Positions 41,620-59,241 of a stretch of 64,000 bases of DNA are shown here, in pieces. Below the pieces are notes generated by a model. That model was not told where the DNA came from, did no database searches, and saw nothing but the letters and a program-made list of their open reading frames with translations. Position 1 is the stretch's first letter, and each line of letters begins with the position of its first letter. Origin of the DNA: the human T2T-CHM13v2.0 reference genome, Homo sapiens. The DNA is taken from assembly GCF_009914755.1 (NCBI RefSeq), contig NC_060925.1; one strand, given 5' to 3'. Both the position numbers and the translations under genes were made by a program.

Positions 41620-43260
41620 AATTCACTGAGCAAGCATTGTTATTGAATGCCTACTGTGTGCCAGACCCCTGGGCTAAAGAGACTAACAAGACCTGGTCGC
41701 TCTCTCTGGTTGCTCCCGTCTGGTAGGAAAGACGGTTAGGCCAACATAGCAGTGCCTGTCAGGTGGTCCCGGTGAGGACGGTGGCACAGAAGAGGCGACG
41801 GGAAGCTTCAGAGAGCAGATGTCTAACTGGATGTGGCGGGCTGCTTGGTTCAGTGATCAGACAGGATAGACAAGAGCATTCCAGGCTAACACAAAAGCAT
41901 ATAGATGTGAAACTGATGAATTTAAGAAACTCCAGGTTGTTGGACGTGGCGCCTGTAATCCCAACTCTTTGAGAGGCTGAGACAGGAGGAGCACTTTGAA
42001 GCTAGGAGTTCAAGACCAGCCTGGGCAACATAGTGAGATGCCATCTCTGTAAAAAAATTTAAAAAACAAAACTAGCCAGGCATGGTGGTGCGTGTACTTG
42101 GGAGGCTGAGGTGGGAGGATTGCTTGAGCCCAGGAGATCGAGTCTGCAGTGAACCATGGTTGTACCCCTGCACTCCAGCCTGGGCTCCAGAGCAAGGCCC
42201 TGCCTCTAAAAAACCAAAAAGAAAGAAACTCTGAGTTGTTCAGAGTGGCTGGAGCATGGGATGAGAGTCAGAGGAAATGGCTGGAGAAAGGGTGGCTCTG
42301 TCAGCTCCGACAGAGGACAGCCAAAAGCACAGTGATGTTTTACTTTGAAATGCATCATCTAATTATTTTTGTGCCATACGACCTATTTGGCCATTTTATT
42401 CTTAGATTAATATTAAAATTATTTGTATCATCTCAGCAGGTGCCATGAGGTTAGTTAGGGGAGACATGGGTGGGGGGGCATCAGCCGGAGGCCATTGTTC
42501 TTGTGCCGAGCCTGTAGTGCCTACCCTGTGTGCTCACTGTTGTTCTCCATGGTTGGGCCAGCACTCGCTCCTCCAGGGAGTCTTTCCAGTGCCTCCATTC
42601 TGACTTGGAGGGAAGCTCCCCTCAGGCCCCTAGACTCCCCACCCCGCCCCACTGCACTTAAACATTTATTCCAGTGTCTCCCCTATTAAACTGTGAGTTC
42701 TGAGGCTTAAAAAAATCTAGTGGCCTGAGGCTCTGACTGAGCAGGTGTTCTAGAAATGCTTGTGGAATGGATTAACAGGGGTGGAAATGTGCTTGAGAAT
42801 GGAAGGGCTATCATGTGGACGAGCTGCCCTGGTGGTCGGTCGGTGATACGGTCTGTGAGCCCAGCTGGTGCAGACTGCTCTGGGCAAGCTATGGAAGAAG
42901 TAGGGGATGGGACCCACCTTCAGGAGCTGCTGTTCATCGTAGAGGGAAGCCCTCCATTGCTTGGAGAAAGACAGGGAAGACCATCCCACGTCACCTTGCA
43001 TGGTGAGAATGTTGAGAGCTTTCAGAATTTGAGAACAAAGGAAATTCCCAGAACGCTAGTCTTAGGCAAGGCTTTCTAGAAGGGGCAGGACTTGAACTGG
43101 CTTTGAAGATCAGTCAGCCATAAGGTAGACCCAAGGTGTCAAGGAAGACATCACTGTGGAGAGGGAACAGCAAAGGCCCGGGGCCAGGGTGGCCTGTGCG
43201 TAAGTGATACTGAGGTGACAGTAAACAGAAAGCATGCATGGGTGGCCTCGGGGTTCCCGT
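41620..43260. mobile_element. L2 fragments with an AluJ (41935-42225, +)
   Basis: tattgaatgcctactgtgtgccagac (L2 3' end); Alu with AAGAAACTC TSD. Confidence 0.7.
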
Positions 43261-43669
43261 CAGAAAGCAAAATAGCAAATGTCGCCTCCACCTCTCTCTC
43301 TGTCTCTTCCATTTCTCTCTCATGCTTCCATTTCTTTCTCTGCTGGTTTAGCAGACAAATCTCTCTTTTTGCTACCTGAAAGTTACTGGTTTGTATATGA
43401 AGAAAGTATTTCTTTAATTTTGAGGAAATTGTGTTTTCTTTTGTCCGTGGTGCCGGTTTGGATTAGCAAGCACCCTCTCCATTTTGTTGCTGTGTGTTCT
43501 GCCTGGTGTGGTGCCACATGGGGGCTGAATAAATGCCATTCGCGGATGTTGAAGAGGGTAAGTATCACGGGAAGGAACCGAAATGAAGTGATCCTTTCCT
43601 TAGGTTTCTTGGACCATTACAAGTCTTTGGTGTTGATGGCAGTTAGGATTCTGGCTGTGCTGACAGTGT

Positions 43670-44130
43670 GTTAGTTTTAGAAAATTCTGCTACAGGTGAC
43701 AGAGAACTCCAAACAAGAGTGGCTTAAAGAGAGAGGAATTTTTCTCTATTACATAAATGTAGGCAGCCCAGGCTGCCAGGAGGCTCTGTGGTCTGCAGGA
43801 ACCCTACTCTGCCTCACTGCTCTGCATTCCTGACTGGCTCTCATCCGTCTCGTGGTGCAGTGTGAATGCTTCAGCTCCAACTATCCCACCTGCTGTCCAG
43901 CCAGCGAGAGCGGGGAGAAAGCGGGAAAAGGGCAGGCTGCCTTCTAAGGACACCTCTTGGAAATTGCCCATGTCCCTTCCACTTTCTCCCCATTGGCTGG
44001 ATCTTGCATGGCTATCCTTGCCTGCGAGTGAGGCTGAGATGTAGTCCTGATCTCGGCAGCACATGTCCTCAGCTTTCCATATCCCATAGGAGGTTTGAGT
44101 TCTGATAAATACTGGGTTTAGGATAATGGT
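43670..44130. mobile_element. MLT1 (MaLR) LTR, J/K-like
   Basis: tgacagagaactccaaacaagagtggcttaaa; tgcttcagctccaactatcccacc; ccattggctggatcttgcatggctatccttgcctgc...gaggctgagatgtagtc. Confidence 0.7.
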
Positions 44131-45477
44131 TGCCTCTGGGCTGGGGAGGAACACATGGCTAGCTTCAGTGGTATTTGGAAAGTTCTAGCTAGTAAATTAG
44201 GCAGGTTTAGAATTGCTCATTGTATTCCTGTTCTTATAACTTAAATAAATGTTATATTCTTTTGTATGTGTCAGATATTACAGGGTATGTTTTTTAAAGT
44301 TGCATTAGAATTCTCAGGTCTGGCTTCTTCTCTTGGTCCCAGCTGCAAGCTGTGCAGAGAGAAAACTTAGAGCCTACACCACTGGGTAGTGTTCCCAAGC
44401 ACTCCTGACTTCCTGTAGCTCTTTTTTAAAAAAAATTCTGAATGGATTTTTTATTTTTTAAAAGTCTTATTGAGATGTAATTTACGTAAAATAAAATACA
44501 CCCATTTTAATTGTACAATTTGAGTTTTGATAAGTGTACATTTCCATATAACCATCACTACATGACAGAACATTTCCAATACCCTGAAAGGTTCCCTTGG
44601 GTCCCATTTCCAGTCAATCCACCCTCCTTGATCCTGGCTTGAGGGCAACCACTGATCTGCTTTCTATTACTACCTATTAGATTTCTTTCCTAGAGTTTTT
44701 TTTCTTTTTTTAATATAAATAGAATCATACAGTATTGTACTCTCTTGTTTCTATTTTTTTTCTTTCCGCTCAGCGTAGTGTTGCCGAGATTCACCCAAAT
44801 TGCTGTGCGCATCCGAAGCCTTTTCCTTTTTACCATTGGGTGGGTGGTATTCCATTGTAGGGATGCACCACAGTTTGTTTATCCATTCACCAGTTGATGG
44901 ACTTTGGGTTGTTTCCAGCTTTGAGCTATTACGAATAAAACTTTTGTGAACATTCGTATACAAGTCTTTGTATGTTTTTATTTCTCTTGGGTGAGCGCCT
45001 AGAAGTAGAATTGTTGGTTTATATGTTAAGTGTATGTTTAACTTTATAAGAAGCTGCTAAACTGTTTTCTGGAGTGGTTGCATCATTTTACCTTCCCACC
45101 AGCAATGTTTGAGAGTTCTAGTTGCTACATATCCCCAACAGTTGGTCTTCTCAGTCTTTTTAATTTTAGCAGTTTTAGTGTGTATATGCTGGTATCTCAT
45201 GGTGGTTTGGGTTTATATTTCTTTGATGACTGATTAGGTTGAACCTCTCTTTGTGTGTTTATTGTCCACTTGCATATCTTTCTTGTGAAGAGTGTGTTTC
45301 AGTATTTTGCCCATTATTAACAGTCTTCTTACTGAGTTGAATGAGGTTTTTAATGTATTCTGGATTCAAGTTGTTGGTCAGATACATGTATTATGAGTAT
45401 TTCCTCCCAGTTGGTGGCTTGCCTTTTTATTTTCCTAACATTACCTTTTGAAGAGCACACAATTTTAATTTTGATGA

Positions 45478-45777
<300 letters not shown>

Positions 45778-45969
45778 TGAGCCACTGCACCCAGTTTATA
45801 GCGTTAGTTTTTATGTTTAGGTCTGTGATCTATTCTTAGTTAATTTTCGTGAATGGTGTGAGGTGAAGGTCAAGGTTCGTTTCTCCCCATAAGGATATCC
45901 AGTTGTGCCTATACCTTTTGTTCAAAAGATTATCTTATCCGCATTGAGTTACATGTCTATAAAAAATCA

Positions 45970-46281
<312 letters not shown>

Positions 46282-47184
46282 TCAACTGACTATATATGAA
46301 TGGGTCTGTTTCTAGATTCCTCTTTTAAAAAAAAATTAAAAAAAAAACAAAGCTATCGAAGTATACTTTATATGTCATACAACTCATCCATTTCAACTAT
46401 ACAATTCAATGATTTTTAGTAACTTTACCGAGTGATGCAGCTGTCACCATAAATCAGCTTTAGAGTACTTCACCTCCCCTGCAAGATCCTTTGGGCCCAT
46501 TTACTGTTAATCCCTCTTCCCACCTCTAGCCCCAGGCAACCACTAATCTCCTTTTCATCACTATAAATGTCCCCTTTTCTGGACATTTCAGGTAAATGGA
46601 ATCAGAATATGTGATCTCTTGTACCTGGCCTCTTTGACTTAACCTGATGTTTTTGAGGTTCATCCATATTGTAGCATGTATCAGTAATTCATTCCATTTT
46701 ATCATGGAATAGTATTCTGTTGTCTGGTTGTACCTCATTTTGTCCATCAGTTCAGCAGTCGATGGACATTTAGATTGTCTCCAATTTTGGTGAAGATGAA
46801 TAATGCTGCAAAGAACATTTCTGTGCAAGTTCTGTGTGGACATACGTTTTCATTCCTCTTGGGTAGATATCTAGGAGTGGAATTGCTGGATGTGGTAGTT
46901 TTATGTTTCTGGATCCTTCTTAATTCTTTTCTTTCTAATTAGCTTTTTGTAAGTATAATTTACATACAATAAGATACATCAATTTTAAGTATACAATTCA
47001 ATGAGTTGTACAAACAAGTTGTAACTCATTTAACTCCTGTAACCAACACTACAATCACAATATAGAAAATTTCTATCACCCCAGAAAGTTGCTTTGTGCC
47101 CTTTATGTCGTCCTTTTCCCCTGCCTCTGGTTTCTGTTAACCACCAATCTCTGCTCTGTCACTGTAGTTCCTTGTGCCTTTTCA

Positions 47185-48022
<838 letters not shown>

Positions 48023-48054
48023 TATCATTCTTTTTCATTACTGAGTTGTATTCC

Positions 48055-48960
<906 letters not shown>

Positions 48961-51900
48961 TTGCTCTATGTACCGCAATTTCTTTATCTGTTGACCAGTT
49001 GGTAGTCATCTGGCTTGCTCCCAGTTTGGGGCTATTATGAGTAAAGCTGCTGTGAACATTCATGTATAAATCTTTATGTGCACTTATACTTTCATTTCCT
49101 AGGAGTGGAATGGCTTAGTCACATGTTAGGTCCATGTTTAACTTTAAAAGAAACTGTCAAACTATTTCCCAAAATGGTTGTAGCGTTTGTGTTCCCATCA
49201 GCAATATGTAAGAGTTTCAGTTGCTCCATATCTTTGTCAACACCCGATAGTCTCATTTTTGAGTTTAGCCATTCTAATGTGTATGTAATGGAACCTTATT
49301 GTATAGTACTTTTAATTTGGATTTCCCTAATGGCTAATGACATCAAGCATATTTTCATGTACTTATTGGCCATTCGTATATCTTTTGTACAGAGTCTCTT
49401 CCAATCTTATGCCCATTTTAAAAGCCACTTTGTCTTTTTATTATTATTGAATTGTCAGAGCTCTTTATGTATTCTAGTTACAAGTGCTTTGTCAGATATA
49501 TGCTTGGCAGATATTTTCTCCCAGCCTATGGCTTGTCTCTTCATTTTCTTGACAGTGCCTTTTGAAAAGCAAAAGCTTTAAATTTTGATGGTGTCCATTT
49601 GATCAGTTTTTTCCTTTTTGGTTCATGCTTCTTATATCTTAAGATGTTTTTGTTTACCCCAAGGTTGCAAAGATTTTCTTCTATGTTTTCTGATTTCTTA
49701 TAGAAGTTTTATAGTTTTTGCTTTCTTGTTTAGGTGTGACCCATTTTGAGTTAATTTTTGTGTATGGTATAAGGTGAGAGTCAAGGTTCATTTTTTTTTC
49801 CTATGGATATCCAGTTGTTCAGCATGGCTGTTGCAAAAATTATCCTTTCCCCATAGAGCTACCTTGGCCTCTATCAAAAATCAGTTGACCATGTAAGCAT
49901 GGGTCTATTTCTGGACTCTTCTGAATTCTTAACAGCTTAATTAGAGCTCATATTTTTTAATCTATGGACAGGGGATATAGATATGCCTCTCGGTGTCCTT
50001 CCTGCCTAAAGATGACACTGCTAATGGCATTGTAGCCCATGAAAAGTGGAAAAGATTGTCTTTCATGGGATGTACGTGTAAATACAGGCTTTGCATTTTC
50101 CAACAGGACTACTGTTGGGCTACTGTGGTGCCTTTTGCCATCCAGGCTGCCAAGTCCTTCTGTTCAGAGCAGAGACGATCTGTTTCTGTTGCTGCTCTCT
50201 GGGCCTGTCTTTCTGCCCACTGCCAGCCATCCACAGCCATGTGCTTCAGGGCCCACCCCGCCCCCAAGCTATAGCCAGCCCTTCTCAGCCCAGCCAGGTC
50301 CCCGTCTCTCTGCACTTGTGCTCTCCACCTCTGTGCTGTAGCAAGCACTGATTTGGTGGGCTGGCTTTATTCCAGGACCTTACTGGGAGTGAGCCTGTCT
50401 TGTCATTTAATTTTCAGGGTGGCTTCTGAGCGAAGCTGATGGGCTGATGTGAGAAGCTAGAGACACTGCTGTATAGAGACATGGCTCCAACCCTGATGAG
50501 CCTGGAGGCGACCTCAATGGGCTGGCCCCGTTTCTACCACTGCCTTGCCCATGCTTGGGCTGCCAGCCTCCCCAAGGACGTGAGAGTTCTCTCCCTCTTG
50601 TCAGCCAGCACATCACTGGAGTGCCTGTTGTCTTGGCAGGATGGTTCCGTGACAGCTCTCAGCTCTGTGTTGCCGATGAACCTTTACTGGATTGCAGGAT
50701 TTCCATGGTGTGGATCGGTCTGTGACTTGCTCAACAAGGTTTCAGGCTCAACATTGCCGTGTTGTATGCACAAGTCCTAGTCCTGTGCATGTGTTCTTAG
50801 TTGATGATGTTTGTTCTCACCTGTTAGGTGAGAATTTGGTTGGTGGAGGTATAAAGAAACAGAGTCATGTTGGTTTTGTTGGTGTTCAGTGAATAGTTAG
50901 GAGCTGTGGGGATGCACCTCTCCTGCCCCCGCTCTACCATGGTTTTACCCAAACTGGAGCCTTTGCGCAGGCTGACCTCCATGGAGCCGGGCAGAGCTTA
51001 AGCTAGTTCGTGGAGTCCTTGGAAGGTTGGGTTTTGAAGAGCTCCATGCCCTTTGCTCTATAGCAGTTTATCCCCTGACCTCATTGCAGCCCACAGCGCC
51101 ACAGCGTAGAGGCAGTCCAGGAAGGCCCAGGTGTGCAGGATGAGGATTGCCACCACAGATGCCCGTCTCTTCAGCCTTCACAGAGATGCCAGGGCTTTGG
51201 TACTGGTGAGGAACCCCTGCCACGCAGCTAGGGCGCCGGTCCTTAGACAGCTGGGCTCTGAGTGAGAGTGAAGATATCGCCTGTTCTTGGATTCTTTGGG
51301 GCTCACAAAGCCCTGCCACCTTCAGTCAGTGCTTGATAAGAAGAGAAAAATGTCCTTGGAACCCCCCTGGCTGGTGGTGGCATGAGGGTTTCTGACCCCA
51401 GGCTTGTTGCCCACTTGCTACCTTGTCTGCCTTGTCTGCATGGCAGGCCAGTCCCTGCTTCCAGAGTGGAGACTCGAAGCATTTAAAAAGCCCACTCATT
51501 CTCTTCCTTTTCTTCCCAGCTAGAGAAGAGTGACTGCCCCATCTCCTGCCCTTGTCTTTATACCTCCGGACATTCAGGGAGCCTGGTGGCGGGGAGGTGT
51601 GTTCCCAGGCGCCCTGCTCTCAGTTCCCTTGCGGGGTCTGCACCAGACTTGGAAAAAATAGGCCCCAGGGTGGGGAGGGGCAGGACTTGAGGTGGTCGTG
51701 GCTGGGAGTTTGAGCTAGTGTGGACTGTGCTAATGTTTTTGCAGTAGCCTGGTCTGTTACCCTCTGAGAGCCACACAGCGGGTAGGAGTCATCTCTATCC
51801 GAGTTTTTCTCTTTTTTCATTTTGCCACAAGACAGAATTGTATCACACATCTCCAAAACGAGTAAAATGGCATTTCAGCTTCTTGTCTTTATAGACTCTC

Positions 51901-52769
51901 TGAACTTTAGGAAAGATCATTCTGGTCCCTTTTCATTAATAATGAAAACCAGGGGGCAATAAAATGTTCTTAACGTGAGCATGGCAGGAATGAGGAGCGG
52001 TGAGGGGTGAAGGGTGAGGCTGCAGGGACCACAGGTGTTTCTTGGGGCTGGAATAGCTCAGAACTCTGGAAAGTGAGGCAGCTATTGGGAGGGTCCTGGT
52101 CCTCAACCCACACAGCCAGCGTCTGCTCAGCCTTGACAGCCCAGAGGGCCCCAGAGAAGGCTGTCCTTCTCATGGCGGGATGTTTGCGGGTGAGCAGAGG
52201 AATCCAGCAAACTCCAGGTGCTGGTCAAGCTTTCAGCCAAGTCACAGCTGCTTTCTTGCAAGAGGCTTCATGGTGTCTGAGAAATCAGTGGTGAATATGG
52301 TATTCGGGCCGTGGGCCCCGTTCTGCACTTGTTCTGCCTGAGGATTTTGGCTGCAGGGAGGGATGTTCCGGGTATGGATGAAGGCCCTCCTGAGCAGGGA
52401 CTCTGAGAGAGCGGGGTGGCCAGGTTGCTCTGTCTTCACTTTTTCCTCCTGAAAATGGACTTGCACTAGATGTCAGGTTTTGTATCTGGAGCGCCAAGCA
52501 AAGCTGGCTAGAAGAGGGGAGACAGAAGAGACACCTGACCAGGACTCCAAGTGCCCGGCTCCTTGGGGTCGAGGTGAAAGATCCGTCTGCCTCAGTGCTC
52601 TTAGAGCTCCCTGTATAACGAGAGGTGATTTGTGTCGGGTGGGGGTGTCCACCATCAGTGAAGTAGCACTGTCCCCTTCCCATGGCAGTTTCTTAGACAC
52701 CGAGTGTCACTGCACAGCCTGGGAAGGGAGTGGGGGAAGTCCTTGCTAACCATAACACAAACCCCAGAA

Positions 52770-53585
52770 CCCATAAAAGAATAGATTGATAAATTTGTAT
52801 AAAAACCTCTGCATGCGACAAAACACCATTAGCAGAGTCAAAAGAAAAATAAACCAGAGAAGATGTTTGCGATGCAGATCACAGACAGCGGGCTAATATC
52901 CCTGCTATATAAAAAGTCTCTCTAAAGTGACAAGGGAAAAGAAATCAAGTAGAAAAGTGGAGAGCATACAGTACACCGAAAAGGAAATGCTGATGAAAAC
53001 ATGCTCAATCCTCACTCAAAATGAGATCAATGCAAATTAGAACTAGAGTGAACTTCTGTTTTCCTGCTGTGGTATTGGCAGGAATCTCTGCGTTTGAATC
53101 GTGCATTGTGTGGGCGCAGCCGTGGGGAAGCAGGCATTGCGCAGCGGCTCAGGGTGAATTATCGGCCCCATGGAGGCAGGGTGGCAGTATTTCTCAAAAC
53201 TGCAAATGCACACGCCCTGGGACCACCCTCTGGGGGTTCTGAGGCTCACAGGGTGCGTGTCCCCATGTGGGAGATGGCACGTGTGCACGTTGTTGATGGC
53301 AGCGTGGTGTGCAGTAGTAGAAAGTTGGAAATGAGCTGGGTGCCCATCGGAGGGCAGGTGAAGTGGAATATCCTGCAGCTGTAGAAAACAAGATTGAGAG
53401 ATGGGGAAACGTGAAGGAAGAGAAGACATCCTGTGCCACCTTAGGTGTGCACACAGACTCACTGGAAGGATAAATGTAAGACTACTAATGGCTGTTGGTG
53501 GTGGGGAAGCCTTTTTTCACAGACTGCCCTGTGCTATTCGATGAGTAAACTGTATGCGTGCTACCTGTTCAAAAAGTGTAAAACA
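52770..53585 (+). mobile_element. Old L1M ORF2 end/3' UTR, strongly GC-shifted
   Basis: cccataaaagaatagattgataaattt; acatgctcaatcctcactc...aatgcaaattagaacta; ggcagtatttctcaaaactgcaaatgcacac. Confidence 0.75.
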
Positions 53586-54432
53586 GAAATGGGAGTTGGG
53601 GACTGAGGGAGAGGCCCTATGTTGATTACAGTTTTGGGACCGAGATTCCAGGGCTAGGACACACCGGGGAGTCTCGCATGGAATCCGCAGGCAGGGAGGG
53701 AGTTTGGTGGCCAAGGAGGGACTCCAGGCCCCTCCAGCCCTGTCGTCTCTGCCCCCTGAGAGTGCCATTCAGCAGCCCTGGGGGAGGGGGTGTCTCCTTG
53801 CCCACTCGGAGGTCTTTGCGACTTGGATCCGCCTGGTGGGGCTGCGTGCCAGCAGCCCCTTCCCCCTCATGCCACATCCTGCCCTGAGCTGAAGGAAAGA
53901 ACGGGCCTTCTCCTCCCCTGTGGTCATAAAACGCCAGGACATGGAAGGTACCTCTGAAAACTTACAGGCACAGGTGAGAACTGAGGGCAGAAGTCTCTCA
54001 AGCAGCAAGTCCTTCAGCTTCACTCGGCCGTGTTGTGACGTTCCTTCCCAGAGTTCAGAACGCTGCTGATTTTCCCTCTCCCCCTTTCTCCCAGATGAGC
54101 AGCACACTGTGGGGGCGCCTTCCGGATAGCTCTCCACTGGTGCTGTGATCGCCTTCCCCGCTGGTCTGTGTCCCACCCACGCCCCTCCTGATGACAGATC
54201 CTTCGGGGGGAGGCAGAGCACCCGCCACGTGGCCTGGAGATGGCCGCTCCAGAAAGGTGTTCGCAGTGGAGACGGGGCTCTCCCGCGTGCCTTGGAGGAT
54301 CAGATGAGGTTGTGGACGTGGGAGCACTTTGTGAACTGGGCATGGGAAAGAGTGAAGGTGGAAACTCTCCCCACGTCAAGTAGAATTGCATTCAGGAGGG
54401 CACTTTGCTATGTGCCGTTCTAAAGAGAATCG

Positions 54433-54712
54433 GCCGGGCGCGGTGCTGCTCGCCTGTAGTCCATCTGCTTGGGAGGCTGAGGTGAGAGGATTCCTTGAGT
54501 CCAGGAGTTCCGGGCTACGGGGCACTGTGCTGATCGGGGTTCTGCACTAAGTTCTGCATCAATATGGTGACCTCCTGGAGCAGGGGACCACGAGGTCGCC
54601 TAAGGAGGTCAGAAATGGAGCCGGTCAAAACTCCCATTCTGATCAGCAGTGGGACATGCCTGTGGATCGCCACTGCACTCCAGCCTGGGCAACATAACAA
54701 GAGCCCATCTCT
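54433..54712 (+). pseudogene. RN7SL614P: 7SL (SRP RNA) processed pseudogene
   Basis: Alu-domain ends enclose the 7SL-specific S domain (gcactaagttctgcatcaatatggtgacctcc...gcctaaggagg...ggtcaaaactccc...tgatcagcagtggga). Degenerate A-rich tail; TAAAGAGAA at 54421-54429 and 54734-54742 is a candidate TSD. The family call is firm; the symbol is from memory of the locus. Confidence 0.9.
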
Positions 54713-55928
54713 AAAAAGATTACTTAATACAAATAAAGAGAAGAGAACGGGGCCAGGTGATCTTCCATGAAGACTGGCTGCCCTTCACAGCAGCAGCAAT
54801 GTGTTCTCCTGAGACATTGCCCCACTCCCTTCTTGCCCTCTGTGCTGGTCCCAGTCCCTCTCCACCTCGTGAACCCTTGCAGCAGGCTCGCCCCAGCTCT
54901 TCTGCCTCTGCGGCCCCCACTTCTGACCACCCTCAGAGCCTCCCCAGTGCTGCTGTCCAGGGTCATGGCACTCCCTGATTCACATCCCCCAGTAATTCCC
55001 ATTGCTTAGGAAAGAATATTCGGCTTCCTTGACCACACAGTCCACCTGGTGCCACCTGTCTACCTCTTTCCTGCCCCGCCCCAGCCCCCACTGTACCTGC
55101 GGCTTCCTTGGCTCCTCTCCGTTCTCCCCAGCACCCTGCTCTTGGGGTCCTCTGGGCCAGAGCAGCTCTCCTCTCTAGTCAGGCCCAGGGTGCTCACCTG
55201 GTCTACACCCACCTACCGTCTCTCTTTTGTGCTTGCTCCCCTCCAGCCCCCAAGGGCCTCAGGGCTCCTCCAAGGCCCTGCTGACCCCAGCCCCTCTCCC
55301 CTGCCACCCCCATCCCTTTTGATAGGCGTTCTCATTCTCTGAAGCCTTGCTCAGTCATTTGGAGACTTGTGTTTTCTCTCCTCTGGCTCCAAGCGAGAGC
55401 AGGGCTGGGAGGTCTAGTTTACCACAGCCCACCCCCGTGCCCCCACCCAGCGTACCACGGTCCCCCTCTCCACTTCGCTGAGGCCCCGCTTGGTTCTGCT
55501 GTGGCCCCCAGCTTATCGCCAGCTATAGTAGGGCATATATGGGTATATTTATGCTCCCCTAAACATACTCCTGTTATCCTCTCTGGATCTTTTGTTCCTG
55601 AGGTAGAGACCATGCTGTTGGTCTTCAGATCACCTCTGCCACCTGACTGCCAACTCAGGTCTCAGCTCACTGCTAGATACCTCCACCCACAGCCTGCAGT
55701 CAGGGTTGGGTGACTGGCATCCCTTGTGTCCCAGTTGAGGCAGTGGGAACAGGAGGGGTGGAGCCGGCTGCTGTTGTGATGATCATGTGCTGCCTTCCTG
55801 CGTTGGAGTGTTCCACTTGCCCATTGTTGGAGGCGAGGAGACTGTGCCACTGAGGCACCTGTGCCAGCCCCCACCCGAAGAAGGACGCCATGTGCGTCTT
55901 CTAACCCTCCTCCTCTTCCCGCCTGTAG

Positions 55929-56014
55929 GTCCCGCAGGCTCCCGATGGCGAGATTACGGCGCCCTGGCCATCATCATGGCAGGCATTGCATTTGGCTTTC
56001 ACCAGCTCTACAAG
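55929..56014 (+). CDS. PEX14: PEX14 coding exon 5 (86 nt); hydrophobic membrane segment
   Basis: Acceptor ctcttcccgcctgtag|GT, donor AAG|gtgagt. Encodes (S)[28 protein letters not shown], seen within ORF 55787..56137. Confidence 0.97.
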
Positions 56015-56913
56015 GTGAGTCACCCCCAGCGGCTGCAGGTGCTGTGCCCCTGCCACCCTGTGGCATTCAGCACCCTTTCACTGGTTCCCCTGCATGGAGG
56101 CACTGCCGTGCTCTGCCCTGGAGTGTGTTGGCAGTGAGAGGCTGTGGTAGAGGTCGGGGTTCACAGCTGGATCCAGGCAGACCCTGCCCTGCTGCGGGGC
56201 TTGGCAGGCTCTGCCCACCTTTTCTCCAGTGCTCAGCATATACCACCCAGATCTCCACTTGCAGGGGCGTCGTGAGGTCTGTCCCTTGCCAGCCCATGTC
56301 AGGCACTTACAGTAGTGCCCGCACGGGGAAGCCGTGCGAGCAGTTTTGAGACACAGAATAACATAATGGCGAAGAGCATGGACGCTGGGCCAGCTGCTTT
56401 GCTGAGCCCTGGCTCTGCCCCTCAGGAGCTTGGTGATCACAGGCTCTGGTCTGTAAAATGGGAATAACAGTCCCCACTTCACAAGGTTGTCGTGAAGTCC
56501 GGAAGAGTCAGTCTCCCTTGTAGAGGACTCAGAGCCATGCCCGGCACATGGAAGTGCTTTATACACCATTGTTCTGCCACAGCATTTAAGAGCGGCGGTG
56601 AGAACCTCAGTGTCATCAGATGTATGGGAGCTGTTCTTTTTGCTCTGTCTGTTGTGCTGCCATCTATAGAAATCTAGGATTTCCCAGGCTTCTCAAGTCA
56701 ACTTTCAGGATCCCAGGTTCATTGCTTGCAACAGAACTGCAGGCATGACGTGAACATTGACTCCCTTGTGAAGGCCCAACTTGGACGTGAAGCAAATGAG
56801 TCTAGAGTCTAGAAAATGCAGGCCAGGGTAGGTGCCCAGTCCAGATCTTGGGACCCTGTAGAGAAGCCTCTTTTCTTTCGAGGCTGCCAGCTCCTCCACC
56901 CCTGATTGGTGAT

Positions 56914-59241
<2,328 letters not shown>

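Noticed and set aside
49078-49581. Hydrophobic 167-aa ORF (also 1436..1945) resembling a membrane protein
   Set aside because: T-rich antisense L1 gives Phe/Leu/Ile-rich frames by composition alone.
49640-49730. Third copy of the cccaaggttg...agttttatagt segment
   Set aside because: It is much more diverged and lacks the Alu junction; it is the homologous part of a different L1 copy.
54433-54712. Functional SRP RNA gene, or an ordinary Alu
   Set aside because: It has the S domain, so it is not an Alu; it has many substitutions, a 16-nt deletion, an A-rich tail and no oligo-T terminator at its 3' end, so it is not a functional gene.
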